Shown: in pieces, positions 1 through 9,724 of the stretch
Position numbering within the stretch: the stretch's first letter is position 1
Layout of the letters: each line of letters opens with the position of its first letter
Assembly: GCA_041178085.1 (NCBI GenBank)
Contig: JBEGVZ010000124.1
Location: 1-34,730 of the forward strand
Source of the DNA: Pseudomonadota bacterium
GTDB lineage: Bacteria > Bdellovibrionota_B > Oligoflexia > Oligoflexales > RGVZ01
DNA length: 34,730 nt
Reading direction: 5' to 3'
Program-made: the position numbers and the translations under genes
Notes under the pieces: generated by a model
Databases searched by the model: none
What the model was told of the DNA's origin: nothing
The model's input: only the letters and a program-made list of their open reading frames with translations

Positions 1-1
1 C

Positions 2-1165
2 AAACTGCGCGTCCTTGCCGGGTACCAGCAAATCGTCAGGATCGATGCCGAATCCAACGAACGCATTGACGCCGGGGCTGAAGACCACATCCTCGGAAAG
101 TTCGACGCGTTCCTGGCGACCAGTGGAGACCGCGCGCTCGTGATCAGCGACTACGGCAAGGGTGTATGTTCTCCTCGATTGCTCGCCGAACTGATCAAAC
201 GCGCCAAAAGCGCCGGCGTACCAGTGATCACAGATCCGAAATCATCCGACCTGTCTCGCTACAAGGGCACGACGTTCATCAAACCCAACTTGAGCGAAGG
301 ACGCGAAATCCTGCGTCGTAAGGAACCTGGCACTTGGCATGAAGATCTGGAAACCGAGATTGCAGCGATTCTTAAAACGGTAGAAGCCGACTGCCAGGCC
401 CAGCACGTTGTCCTTAGCTTGTCGGAAAAGGGAGTGGTAGCATCCAACGCTGGATCCAGTGATGTAATCCGCTTCCGCTCGGAAGTCCTTCAGGTCGCTG
501 ACGTATCGGGAGCCGGGGATACCATGATCGCATTCCTGGCGATGGCGGCTGCATGCCAGTTGCCAGTTGCCAGATCTGTGCAACTGGCCAACATCGCTGC
601 GGGCACCGTCTGCGGCAAACTGGGCACCGCAACTCTCAGCCGCGCGGAATTCATGGAAGCCTTTCAGGACCGGGAAGGTGCGACCCGGCCAGAGAAAATC
701 ATAAGCCGCGATGAAGCCCGCCAGATCGCATCCAACTACCGGGAAGCCGGGAAGTCCGTGGTATTCACCAACGGCTGCTTTGACTTGTTGCACGCTGGTC
801 ATGTCTCGCTTTTGCAGGCAGCGCGCGGCCTTGGGGACGTCCTCTTCCTTGGACTCAACTCCGACTCCTCAATCAAACGCCTTAAGGGCCCGGAACGTCC
901 GATCCAGAACGAAAATGACCGCGCCACGATCATGGCCGGGCTTGGATGCGTCAACTACATCGTCTTGTTTGAGGAAGACACGCCCCTGGAGTTGATTGCA
1001 ACCATCAATCCGGACATCATCGTCAAAGGGGGTGATTACCGCCCCGACCAGGTCGTCGGCGCAGATGTCGTCTCAAAAAACGGTGGCAAGGTTATCATTG
1101 TCCCCTTGCTGGAAGGACGAAGCACCACCAGGATCATCGAATCCTCAACGAGGGGGCGAAACTGA
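2..1165 (+). CDS. hldE: Bifunctional heptose-7-phosphate kinase / heptose-1-phosphate adenylyltransferase (5' truncated by window edge)
   Basis: Frame open from base 2 (KLRVLAGYQQIVRID); PfkB motifs SDYGKG and DVSGAGDT; cytidylyltransferase-like domain FTNGCFDLLHAGH, GLNSDSS, KGGDY. Confidence 0.95.
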   Translation, partial: KLRVLAGYQQIVRIDAESNERIDAGAEDHILGKFDAFLATSGDRALVISDYGKGVCSPRLLAELIKRAKSAGVPVITDPKSSDLSRYKGTTFIKPNLSEGREILRRKEPGTWHEDLETEIAAILKTVEADCQAQHVVLSLSEKGVVASNAGSSDVIRFRSEVLQVADVSGAGDTMIAFLAMAAACQLPVARSVQLANIAAGTVCGKLGTATLSRAEFMEAFQDREGATRPEKIISRDEARQIASNYREAGKSVVFTNGCFDLLHAGHVSLLQAARGLGDVLFLGLNSDSSIKRLKGPERPIQNENDRATIMAGLGCVNYIVLFEEDTPLELIATINPDIIVKGGDYRPDQVVGADVVSKNGGKVIIVPLLEGRSTTRIIESSTRGRN

Positions 1166-2556
1166 AGTCTTTCCATTTCACCACGCTGCCTGCGCTCCTT
1201 TGCACGGCGACCATCATTGCAACGACTGCGATGCCAACGCACCTTGCGGCCAATAATTTCCGCATGGGTGTCTCCGCGGCCCTTCCGGATGCACAAAGCG
1301 CCCAGCAAAATCCAGCGCTGGCGGGGGAACTTCCCAGCACGGAAATCTCTGCGACGCCAAGCATTTCTTTGCAAAATCAGCTGCTGATCCGCTATCAGGA
1401 TTCGGGCACGATCGAGCGCAATTTGAGCGGAACGTCAGACCTGCTCACCTTCTTGCCTGGTTTTGTCTACAAGGTGAATCCGCGCCTTGGAATCGGAATC
1501 AGCGAGGTTGCACCTCCAATTAACCTCCAACAGGAAATCAAGGACATCCCGATTGTCATCCTGAACTCGACGCAGATGATCGACGTTCAAGCCGACCTCG
1601 CAGTGCGTGGGGCTTTGGGGGGATTGGTCGGCTACCAAATTTCCGATTCGCTGTCCGTAGGTGCAAAGTTCAACTATCGCTCGATCGGGATCGAAGCAGA
1701 CGTCGTTCCATCTGGAGGGGGCAATCCGCTCGCGCACCAATCGATGGACATGACAAGTACGACCCTGCTTGCGGGTGTGACCCTCGAACCGATCCCCGAA
1801 AAGCTTCGGATTGGTCTGGCGACCACGATTTTCTCATCCGTCACATCCCGCACAGCGGTCGAATCGGCCTTCGTTGCCCAGCAGCAAAATGGCGGTGGCA
1901 ACGGCGAAAGCACAACCAACACTGCGGGCACATTCTCGCAGTTCATTGTCGGCGCAGCTGCAATGTTTGGTCCCCGGCAGTTTATTGCAGCGGATCTCGA
2001 CTACAAGGCCGCTGACCCGGATGCCGCCGAATTTTCGATGGTTGAGTTCAAGGAAAAGCCATCGGACGTTTACAACCGCCTGGACTTCCGGGCGACGGGA
2101 GAATTCCCGATCAGCCGCACGGCATCCCTCGTTGGTGGATTCGCGCTGGAGAACGCCAGCAAGGGTCCTGGCAGCCGAAGTTCTGGAAACGATCCAGGCA
2201 AAGCGGGTTTTGGTAGCGCTGATGTCATTACCATCTACACGGGGCAGTCACAGCTGGTTCCGGCCCAATCTTTCATGGGTGGCGTCCGCATGTATTTCCT
2301 CAACCAACAGCGCAGCGAACCCCGCAAAGAGCGCGAGGGCAATCGAGACAAGGACCGGGAAAGGGACCGCGTCAGGGACCGTGAGCCCGATCGCGAGAAA
2401 GATCGGGACAGGAAGGGCAAGGCGACCGGCTGGATCGTCGGTGTCGGACTTGCTTACCGCACGGCATCTCTTGGTGTCGACGAAAATGGCGAGCTACCTG
2501 GCGCATACAGCCAGACCAAGATCTACCTTCCTCTGGAAATCACGCGCCGCTTTTGA
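1162..2556 (+). CDS. Outer-membrane beta-barrel protein, FadL/TodX-like; probable CTG start (first ATG at 1231)
   Basis: Amphipathic beta strands (PGFVYKVNPRLGIGIS, LSVGAKFNY), C-terminal Phe (YLPLEITRRF). In-frame extension to CTG 1162 supplies a signal peptide (KSFHFTTLPALLCTATIIATTAMPTHLAA) behind GAGGGGG. Confidence 0.6.
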   Translation: MKSFHFTTLPALLCTATIIATTAMPTHLAANNFRMGVSAALPDAQSAQQNPALAGELPSTEISATPSISLQNQLLIRYQDSGTIERNLSGTSDLLTFLPGFVYKVNPRLGIGISEVAPPINLQQEIKDIPIVILNSTQMIDVQADLAVRGALGGLVGYQISDSLSVGAKFNYRSIGIEADVVPSGGGNPLAHQSMDMTSTTLLAGVTLEPIPEKLRIGLATTIFSSVTSRTAVESAFVAQQQNGGGNGESTTNTAGTFSQFIVGAAAMFGPRQFIAADLDYKAADPDAAEFSMVEFKEKPSDVYNRLDFRATGEFPISRTASLVGGFALENASKGPGSRSSGNDPGKAGFGSADVITIYTGQSQLVPAQSFMGGVRMYFLNQQRSEPRKEREGNRDKDRERDRVRDREPDREKDRDRKGKATGWIVGVGLAYRTASLGVDENGELPGAYSQTKIYLPLEITRRF

Positions 2557-2573
2557 CGGGTTGGTTCAGGAGC

Positions 2574-2602
2574 AAAAAAAAAGTCCCCTTGCGGGGACTT
2601 TT
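2574..2602. terminator. Rho-independent terminator, bidirectional, stronger on the minus strand
   Basis: AAAAGTCCCC-TTGC-GGGGACTTTT perfect hairpin; A9 run on the left (U9 on minus strand) versus T4 on the right. Confidence 0.8.
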
Positions 2603-2745
2603 CAAGCTCCTGACCACCTAAGGTGACTTAAAGGTGTTGATGAGACATCAAAGGATTGGACTGAACCTGCAGAAAAACATTCTCTAACGGGAAAGACTCA
2701 CACATTTTGCAGCGGTCCGAGCTTTTTGTTTGATTGCACCCCTGC
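2574..2745 (-). ncRNA. Candidate structured small RNA (unclassified)
   Basis: Several hairpins (CTGCA..TGCAG stem, TTGATG-TCT-CATCAA, CACCT-T-AGGTG) followed by a minus-strand U9 terminator with no minus-strand CDS to terminate. Confidence 0.35.
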
Positions 2746-2973
2746 AACATACAGCCCGAAACCTGAGAAATTCCTAAGCTACGGGACGAAGTTTGCCGGG
2801 GATACGAAGCCGCTTATAAATGACGACATTGAAATTAGCAACAGTATTTTAATGATATTATTAGTTTTACTATGTTTTAATCTAACCATCCGTTTTTATT
2901 CGTTTTTTTATAATAGTTGTCAACTCCCCCAACGAACAGCCGAAACCCTCCCAAGTGACGGGGGTTTCGCACC

Positions 2974-4086
2974 ATGTTTGGCAAGGGCACAAAATTCAAG
3001 GCATCGACAGGAATGTCCGTGGCTTCGACGGTCGTGGCCGCCCAGCTGTTCATCACCGCCCCCGCCGTCGCTGATGAATTTCAACGAATCTACCGCAGCC
3101 CTGCATACTTGGGACGCGGTGATACTGGCGTTGCCGACACTGATGGCGCAGAGGCCATTTTCTATAACCCGGCAGGCCTCGCAGCAGGTAAAGGCATTTT
3201 CAAGGAAGTCGTGCTCACTTCACCCGGGGTATCTGTTTCCAGTGATACGCGCGCCCTCATAAAAGATGTCGCGAGCTCAGACGGTGGAGGCGACACGATC
3301 AGCACCCTGACGCGTCACGTGGGTTCCAACCAGCACATTGCATTCAGTAATCTTACGGCGATCGTCCTGCGCAGGGCGGCCATCGGAGTTCTCGGATCGG
3401 CAGAAACCAATGTACTCGTCTATAAGGACCCGGCTCAGGGCGGTCTTGAGGCCGTGGATGCGAACCTCTACAGCACCGCAGGAGCGACCTTCTCCCTCGC
3501 CGACAGTTTCTACAACGGGGGTTTGCTGATCGGCGGAACGATAGGCTGGTACCAGCGTGCACAGGCAGAGTTGCAGCTGGGCCTGCTCGAAGCGCAAAAC
3601 ATGGACTCTTCTGAAGATATTTTCGGGTACGGAACGACTTCGCCAGTAACCCTTGGCGCCATGCTGGTCTCCTCCGGCAAAACGCCCAGCACTTTTGGTC
3701 TTACGGTCCACAACCTCGGCGATGCCCACGTCAGCCCCAACAGTCAAGGCATGCAAGTCGACAACCTGAAGCAGCGGATCGACGCAGGTTACAGCGTTCA
3801 AACCTCGTCAAAGGCAGCAACCGCAAAATTCCTGGTTGATGTGGTGGACGTGACCAGTCGATACACCAGTGACATCTACAAGAAACTCCATGTCGGAGGC
3901 GAGATAACTCTGGTCAATCGCCTCGGCCTGAGCGCGGGCCTGAATCAAGGTGGACCTTGCGCCGGAATGTTTCTCGACCTTTGGCTCGCACGGATTGATG
4001 CCGGTTTTTACACAGAAGAAGTCGGCGAAAAAGTAGGGTTGAGGTCTGACATGCGGTATTTCGGCCGCATCAAGGTAGGATTCTGA
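2974..4086 (+). CDS. Outer-membrane beta-barrel protein, TraF_2/PorV/FadL-like
   Basis: Signal peptide ending APAVA; N-terminal plug motif AYLGRGDTGVA..EAIFYNPAGLA; C-terminal YFGRIKVGF. Confidence 0.75.
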   Translation: MFGKGTKFKASTGMSVASTVVAAQLFITAPAVADEFQRIYRSPAYLGRGDTGVADTDGAEAIFYNPAGLAAGKGIFKEVVLTSPGVSVSSDTRALIKDVASSDGGGDTISTLTRHVGSNQHIAFSNLTAIVLRRAAIGVLGSAETNVLVYKDPAQGGLEAVDANLYSTAGATFSLADSFYNGGLLIGGTIGWYQRAQAELQLGLLEAQNMDSSEDIFGYGTTSPVTLGAMLVSSGKTPSTFGLTVHNLGDAHVSPNSQGMQVDNLKQRIDAGYSVQTSSKAATAKFLVDVVDVTSRYTSDIYKKLHVGGEITLVNRLGLSAGLNQGGPCAGMFLDLWLARIDAGFYTEEVGEKVGLRSDMRYFGRIKVGF

Positions 4087-4095
4087 GGTGCACCG

Positions 4096-4824
4096 ATGAG
4101 ATCACAGGCCAAAATCTTGAAGAACCTCATCCTTGGCGCGGCGTTCTGCGCGATCTCTGCATGCGGCACTAGCAACACATATGCTCCCTTGCAGTCTTAC
4201 GACCCTGCTGATGAAGCCGCAAGGCTACTGGAAAAAGGCAAGGCTGGTGATGCGATCACCTTGCTGGAAGACGCACTCAAAGACGATCCTGAAAACAAAA
4301 CATGGATCTCGATGCTGGCACTTGCCTATGCGCAGCGTGCCGGCGTCGCACCACTTGATTTTGTTGAAAGCATGGGGGACTCCGCGTCCCAGACAGGTAA
4401 TTCAGGAACAAACGATATAACCGCATTATTCGGCGTGACGCCGGCAGCCACGAGCCAGAATATCGCGGATGTCGACTACGCGATCGTTTTGATGGGTAAG
4501 ATCCCCGCCTCCGAATTCAATGACGCGGAAAAACTGAAGCTGTCGATCTTCCAGACAGCATCGACGGTACTAAAAATCAAGGCACTCGACACGAACGGCG
4601 ATGGTCAGGTTTCGGCAATTGAATTGCTGAACCTTGGCGCGTCTACCGCAGAGTCGATTCTTACAGGGCTTGTGAATGCAGCGAGCCTGCTCGCAGGCGG
4701 CGGCTCCAATGCGAGCAGCGGCGGCGCCGTCGCTGCATCACAAATTGAAAACATTGTATCAGGGATAAATGGGCAGACTGGAAGCACAGCCCAGGACAAA
4801 TTGACGTCTTACCTCGGGAGCTGA
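4096..4824 (+). CDS. Lipoprotein with TPR-like repeat and an EF-hand loop
   Basis: Lipobox ISA-C; TPR-like GDAITLLEDALKDDPEN..LALAYAQRAG; EF-hand DTNGDGQVSAIE; RBS GAGG. Confidence 0.7.
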   Translation: MRSQAKILKNLILGAAFCAISACGTSNTYAPLQSYDPADEAARLLEKGKAGDAITLLEDALKDDPENKTWISMLALAYAQRAGVAPLDFVESMGDSASQTGNSGTNDITALFGVTPAATSQNIADVDYAIVLMGKIPASEFNDAEKLKLSIFQTASTVLKIKALDTNGDGQVSAIELLNLGASTAESILTGLVNAASLLAGGGSNASSGGAVAASQIENIVSGINGQTGSTAQDKLTSYLGS

Positions 4825-4827
4825 GAA

Positions 4828-5241
4828 TCAGCCCCCGTGATGTGCGCCAACTTTGCAGCCAGTCTCAACACTGCGCATGATGTCATCCCGGGGAATCAAT
4901 TCCGTCGGCAATGACGCGCGCCGCAAGTTGGCGCGGAACAGCACTGCTCCACGTAACTTCGCGTAATCGAGGTCAGCATCTTCAAGGTTCGCATTGGTGA
5001 AGTTTGCACCCTCCAGGTTTGCGTTCCACAGGGATACTCCCCGCATGTCCGCATCCGTGAAGTTAGCGTCCTTCAGGTTCGAGTAGGAAAAGTTGGTGTT
5101 TTGCAGGTTGCAACCTGTGAAGTCGATCTTGATCAGGTTGGCCTTGCGAATGTCGAGTCCGCTGAGGTCCTTCGACACTGCCAGCGTCTCCAGGACTTCC
5201 TTGCGGGTCAACGTTACCGTCTTGTCAGATTCTTTGGTCAT
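4828..5241 (-). CDS. Pentapeptide repeat protein
   Basis: Tandem A(N/D)LxxANF repeats (ANLEGANFTNANLEDADLDYAKLRGA). Confidence 0.9.
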   Translation of the reverse strand: MTKESDKTVTLTRKEVLETLAVSKDLSGLDIRKANLIKIDFTGCNLQNTNFSYSNLKDANFTDADMRGVSLWNANLEGANFTNANLEDADLDYAKLRGAVLFRANLRRASLPTELIPRDDIMRSVETGCKVGAHHGG

Positions 5242-5252
5242 TATGCCTTACC

Positions 5253-6257
5253 TCATCCCATCAGCAGACGGGCAACGTCCAGCATACGCCAGCTGAAACC
5301 GGTCTCGTTGTCATACCACGACAGGATCTTAACCATCGTACCATCCATTACGGATGTCGACGACCCGTCAACAATACTGCTCCGATTGTCACCATTGTAA
5401 TCGATTGAAACCAACGGCTCGTCAGAATACCCAAGGACGCCCTTCATGGGGCCATTGGCGGCCTTGCGCATGGCGTCGTTCACTTCCTCGACCGTCACAG
5501 GGCGGCTGGTCTCGAACGTGACATCCACCAGAGAGACATTCGGCGTCGGCACTCGAATGGCCATGCCGTGCATCTTGCCTTTGAGTTCCGGCATCACAAG
5601 GCCGATCGCCTTTGCCGCGCCCGTTGACGTCGGAATCATGGAAACGGCGGCTGCACGCGCACGCCTCAGATCTTTATGGGGCAAGTCCAGGATATTCTGG
5701 TCGTTCGTGTAAGAGTGCACCGTCGTCATCAAGCCACGCTTGATGCCTGCCAGATCGTGGAGAACCTTTGCCACCGGGGCAAGACAGTTGGTGGTGCAGC
5801 TACCATTGGAAACAATCGTGTGTTTGGCTTTGTCCAGCTTGGAGTGGTTCACGCCGTACACCACGGTGATGTCTTCATCCGTTGCCGGAGCTGAAATCAG
5901 CACCTTGCGCGCACCGGCCTTCAAGTGTCCCTCGGCAGCCGCGCGTTTGGTGAACACACCGGAACATTCGAAAACAACGTCCACTTCTTTCGACTTCCAC
6001 GGAAGTTCTTCCGGATTCTTGATGGCAGACACCGAGACTTTGCGGCCATCCACGACAATCGCACCATCGGCCGCCTCTACGGTTGCACCAAAACGCCCGT
6101 GCACACTGTCGTACTTGAGCAAGTGGGCAAGGGTCTTGGTGTCGGTAAGGTCGTTGATATGGGTGATTTCAAAATCACGGTTCCCCTGGGCGGCAACAGC
6201 CCGGAACACCGTCCGCCCGATGCGGCCGAAACCATTGATGCCAACGCGGATGGTCAT
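5253..6257 (-). CDS. gap: Type I glyceraldehyde-3-phosphate dehydrogenase
   Basis: MTIRVGINGFGRIGR, catalytic SCTTNCLAP, SWYDNE; start moved to ATG 6257 (AGGGAAG upstream). Confidence 0.98.
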   Translation of the reverse strand: MTIRVGINGFGRIGRTVFRAVAAQGNRDFEITHINDLTDTKTLAHLLKYDSVHGRFGATVEAADGAIVVDGRKVSVSAIKNPEELPWKSKEVDVVFECSGVFTKRAAAEGHLKAGARKVLISAPATDEDITVVYGVNHSKLDKAKHTIVSNGSCTTNCLAPVAKVLHDLAGIKRGLMTTVHSYTNDQNILDLPHKDLRRARAAAVSMIPTSTGAAKAIGLVMPELKGKMHGMAIRVPTPNVSLVDVTFETSRPVTVEEVNDAMRKAANGPMKGVLGYSDEPLVSIDYNGDNRSSIVDGSSTSVMDGTMVKILSWYDNETGFSWRMLDVARLLMG

Positions 6258-6319
6258 GTCGTCTTCCCTTCTCGAAAGTGACCATAAAGTAGCAAACAAA
6301 CCGATATCAGCAAGCAATT

Positions 6320-7414
6320 TCAGGCTAAAACGGCGACCTTGAAGGCTTCGCAGACTGCCGGCATCGCCGACGCCGGGACGTCCAGGTGGGTCACAGCCCG
6401 GATCCAGCCCCCGCCCGTGGTCAGGGCCAGAACCCCGCGGGCCTGAAGGGACTCCAGCACCGCCTGCACCCGCTCGGGACGGACTTGCAGGTAAACCATG
6501 TTGGTGCATGGCTCAGGAATCTTGGCCCCAAGGACCTCACCGGGGTGGCTAAGGCACAAATCCTGAAAGCAGGCAGCCAGCATACGCGCGTGGGCGTGGT
6601 CCGCCTGAAGGCGCTCCCGATGGTGTCTGAGCGCATAAAGCGCCCCTGCAGCGATGATGCCAGACTGGCGCATGGCGCCGCCCCAGCGTTTGCGCACTTT
6701 CCGGGCACGCGCGATAAAGTTCGCAGATCCGCACAGGGCCGAGCCAACCGGGGCGCCAAGCCCCTTCGAGAAGCAAACTGCCGCCGAATCAAAACCGGCG
6801 AGAAGCTCCCGCACCGGTATCCCGGTGACCGCCGAGGCATTCCAGATGCGCGCCCCGTCGCAATGCAGCCCAAGGGTCCTGCCACTGCCAGCGAGCAGCC
6901 TCTTGCCCAAAGAGACCCGCGCCCGGATACGCTCCAGGCCGGTGGCTGGAAAAACCCGCCCCCCGTGACGGTTGTGGGTGTTTTCAACGACAATCAGAGA
7001 GGTCGGCACGGAGTGCAAATTATCGTCGCGAATCAGAGCATCGGCCCGGTCCGTCCAACTTGTGAAATCGGGGCTCGGCAAGCAGTCAAATTGGACACCG
7101 GATAGCGCCGCACCGGCTCCCGCCTCGTAGATGAAAACGTGACTTTCCGCCTCAATCAGGACCGAATCACCTGGTCGCGTGTGGACATTGATCGCGAGCT
7201 GGTTGGCCATGGTCCCGCTGGGCACGAACATCGCCGCCTCGAATCCTGTGACGCTGGCGGCTTCTGCCTCAAGCTCGTTGACGGTTGGATCCTCGCCGAA
7301 CATGTCATCGCCCACCACGGCCGAGGCCATGGCAGCGCGCATCTCCGCCCCGGGACGGGTGAAGGTATCCGAGCGCAGGTCGGCAATGGGGTTGATCAAA
7401 GAATTCAGTGCCAT
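6320..7414 (-). CDS. ltaE: Low-specificity L-threonine aldolase (PLP-dependent)
   Basis: [50 protein letters not shown]. Confidence 0.93.
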   Translation of the reverse strand: MALNSLINPIADLRSDTFTRPGAEMRAAMASAVVGDDMFGEDPTVNELEAEAASVTGFEAAMFVPSGTMANQLAINVHTRPGDSVLIEAESHVFIYEAGAGAALSGVQFDCLPSPDFTSWTDRADALIRDDNLHSVPTSLIVVENTHNRHGGRVFPATGLERIRARVSLGKRLLAGSGRTLGLHCDGARIWNASAVTGIPVRELLAGFDSAAVCFSKGLGAPVGSALCGSANFIARARKVRKRWGGAMRQSGIIAAGALYALRHHRERLQADHAHARMLAACFQDLCLSHPGEVLGAKIPEPCTNMVYLQVRPERVQAVLESLQARGVLALTTGGGWIRAVTHLDVPASAMPAVCEAFKVAVLA

Positions 7415-8199
7415 CAAAGCAACGGGGTTTCAGTCTTGGGTTCCAGACGGAATGGAATCACAACACCCATCTTGGAACCGGAAGAAGCTTCAGAATCAGC
7501 CCCGCTACCCGAACGCTCCTTGCGCGGCTGGCGGGCAAGGTCGCTGATACGGACCGGGCGACTCAACCGGCGACGCGCAGCCGGAGTGTTCAGCCCACGA
7601 AGGTCCATGCTGGCGTCGGGGGGATTGATCAGCAGGGCCGACAAGCCAGAGCCATCAATCAGCCTGCCAGCTGCCAACCCTGCCTTGACCAGCTGGGCAT
7701 TTTTGAAGTCGATCTCCGGGAAAGCACGCAGGCGTTCAACGCCCAGTGCAGCGCGGGCACGCAGCAAAGATTGCATGGCATCTTCCAGAGCTCCGCCAAG
7801 CAAATGGCAGCGCATCTGGTGGTTGAACACCGCAGCCATGAGTTCAACCGTGTCTTCTGCAACGGCAAGGTCCTGGCGCTGCTTTTCCGAAAGCGTCGCA
7901 AGCTGAGACTCAATGTGGCGGATCAGCGGATTCAAACGCCGCGCCGCCTGACGGTAATCACCACGCAGGTAAGATGGAACGGACCAGAATGCCGCAGTAA
8001 ACGTCCGCCGGAGAATTCTTTTGCGGGTGACGCCGCGCCCGAGCACACCGATCACGCGCCTTTCTGTCATGCAAGCGCGAAACAGCAAAAATAGCGAGCG
8101 CAGAAAGGCCGTCAACTCACGCAAGCCCGTCTGGGCGAAAGCCAAAAGGGCGGCCAATGATGCAAAAATAAGTGTTGTCACGAAACCGGGAACCTCCAT
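7414..8199 (-). CDS. Hypothetical protein with N-terminal membrane anchor
   Basis: Hydrophobic N-terminus, helical middle, low-complexity tail; TGATG overlap with ltaE start supports a real gene. Confidence 0.6.
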   Translation of the reverse strand: MEVPGFVTTLIFASLAALLAFAQTGLRELTAFLRSLFLLFRACMTERRVIGVLGRGVTRKRILRRTFTAAFWSVPSYLRGDYRQAARRLNPLIRHIESQLATLSEKQRQDLAVAEDTVELMAAVFNHQMRCHLLGGALEDAMQSLLRARAALGVERLRAFPEIDFKNAQLVKAGLAAGRLIDGSGLSALLINPPDASMDLRGLNTPAARRRLSRPVRISDLARQPRKERSGSGADSEASSGSKMGVVIPFRLEPKTETPLL

Positions 8200-8433
8200 G
8201 CATCCATCGCGTTTATCGCGTTCGTCGCATCAAGCTGGGCGACTGATTTCCAACCTTCCGTTGTTGGGAATTTTTTCGCTTTAGTGCAACTCCTGCGGGC
8301 TTTGCAACACTTGGATGCAAAAGTTTTATAATCGACGCCTCAAATGCCCTTTCCGGAGATTATTGTTGCAGGCAAGTGGCCGGCATGATTAAAGTTCCGA
8401 CGCCCGGATCTTGACCTTGTCGGGACGGGAGCG

Positions 8434-8509
8434 GGCGTCGTACCCAAGTGGCTAAGGGAGCGCATTGCAAATGCGTTATTCGCCGGTTCGATTCCGGCCG
8501 ACGCCTCCA
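8434..8509 (+). tRNA. tRNA-Cys (GCA)
   Basis: Acceptor stem GGCGTCG/CGACGCC, anticodon arm GCGCA-TTGCAAA-TGCGT, T-loop GGTTCGATTCC, U73 discriminator, encoded CCA. Confidence 0.97.
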
Positions 8510-8514
8510 TAAAA

Positions 8515-8557
8515 CAACAAAAAACCCGCTGGATTGTCTCCAGCGGGTTTTTTGTTG
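8515..8557. terminator. Bidirectional Rho-independent terminator between tRNA-Cys and the nuclease gene
   Basis: CAACAAAAAACCCGCTGGA-TTGTC-TCCAGCGGGTTTTTTGTTG perfect inverted repeat. Confidence 0.92.
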
Positions 8558-8593
8558 GCTCAACCCCGCATCACGGGGCTATCGCTCAAGGAT

Positions 8594-9589
8594 TCAACGC
8601 CGGCGCTTTCCGCCGCTCTTGGTGTCATGGCCCTTGGCCGGGGCCTCCCCCTTGCCGTCCAGCGGGAACCATTCCGGCTCGTCGACGTCCACAGCCTTGT
8701 TGGGGAATCCGCTGCTCACGCCGGCCTCTTCCACTGCCATGTCCCAGATTGAAGCAAGGATTGCTGAAGCAAACCCCATGCGAGGACCATAGTAATTCTT
8801 CAGGTTACGGTCATCCTGGGAGCCATCACGGTCGAAGTTTTCCAGGACACCCGCCAGCTCGCCAAAGGCGACCTCGCCCTCGTGAAAGACGAGCGTCTTG
8901 ACGGCACCCTCACCAGGGCGCCCGCCACCGCGACGGTCAAAACCGCTTCGACGGCCTTGTCCGTCGTCCACCACGTCGCCGGTCAGGCGGTCGTGCGGCA
9001 CTTCGTCGACCAATGTGGACTCGAAGTACTTGTGAACACCCGGGCGACCGATCGACTGGCCGTCATAATCGCTCGAAACGTGCATCGGCTGGGAGATATC
9101 ACCAACATAGTGGCCCATCACGCCGGCCATCTGGATGGTCGTCTTCCAGTCCTTCGCCTGCAGGGCCTTGACCATGCGGCGATAGATATCAGCGATGCGG
9201 AACATCGCCGAACCATTTTCGTCCAGGAATTCATGGCCTTGCTTGGTTATGATCGACGCAGCCGTAAGTCCTGCGTAGTCACCCAGCAGGTTCGACTTCT
9301 TGTATACGTCCCAATGGAAGAAGTGCGTGCCACGCTCCTTCTCGTAGGTATCCTTCCGCTTCCAGAGGCCGTCTGGAGTGTTGGAAAACTTGCCGAGGGT
9401 TTCCTGATTCTCGCGGAAGAAATTGCCCGCTGCGGAGGTCGAGAGTTCCGACGCGGCGACATTGACGATGTAATGTCCCTTGGAACCCCATGCGAAGCAC
9501 GGGCTGCTGATGGCTAGAGAGACGACTGCTAGAGATGCGGTAGCTACACTGGTCCTGACGAGACTTTGCATGATTCCCCTCATAGACAA
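8594..9589 (-). CDS. Secreted S1/P1 nuclease / zinc-dependent phospholipase C family protein
   Basis: Signal peptide ending CFA followed by W-G-x-x-G-H; HFFH; GHYVGDISQPMH; VHKYFE zinc-ligand motifs. Confidence 0.85.
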   Translation of the reverse strand: MSMRGIMQSLVRTSVATASLAVVSLAISSPCFAWGSKGHYIVNVAASELSTSAAGNFFRENQETLGKFSNTPDGLWKRKDTYEKERGTHFFHWDVYKKSNLLGDYAGLTAASIITKQGHEFLDENGSAMFRIADIYRRMVKALQAKDWKTTIQMAGVMGHYVGDISQPMHVSSDYDGQSIGRPGVHKYFESTLVDEVPHDRLTGDVVDDGQGRRSGFDRRGGGRPGEGAVKTLVFHEGEVAFGELAGVLENFDRDGSQDDRNLKNYYGPRMGFASAILASIWDMAVEEAGVSSGFPNKAVDVDEPEWFPLDGKGEAPAKGHDTKSGGKRRR

Positions 9590-9724
9590 ACATTTACGGT
9601 GTTTGGTAGATACGCCGGACCAATTACCGGCTTATACATGGGTACAGGCACAAAGGCTTGTAAACATTAAATTTTTAGAACTAAATGGGTATAAACCCCC
9701 ATCCCCGGTTAGTCAAGCCCGACC

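Noticed and set aside
2628..2706. 25-codon minus-strand ORF (MCESFPLENVFLQVQSNPLMSHQHL) inside the candidate sRNA
   Set aside because: No RBS and no recognisable peptide features; coordinates approximate
2726..3262. 178-aa ORF with a hydrophobic stretch
   Set aside because: Hydrophobicity comes from translating the AT-rich promoter region; overlaps the barrel gene out of frame
6258..6509. N-terminal extension of GAPDH in the ORF track
   Set aside because: Overlaps ltaE; family N-terminus and RBS place the start at 6257
8434..8600. tRNA-Cys as an integration site for an island
   Set aside because: No integrase nearby and no duplicate of the tRNA 3' end noticed in the window
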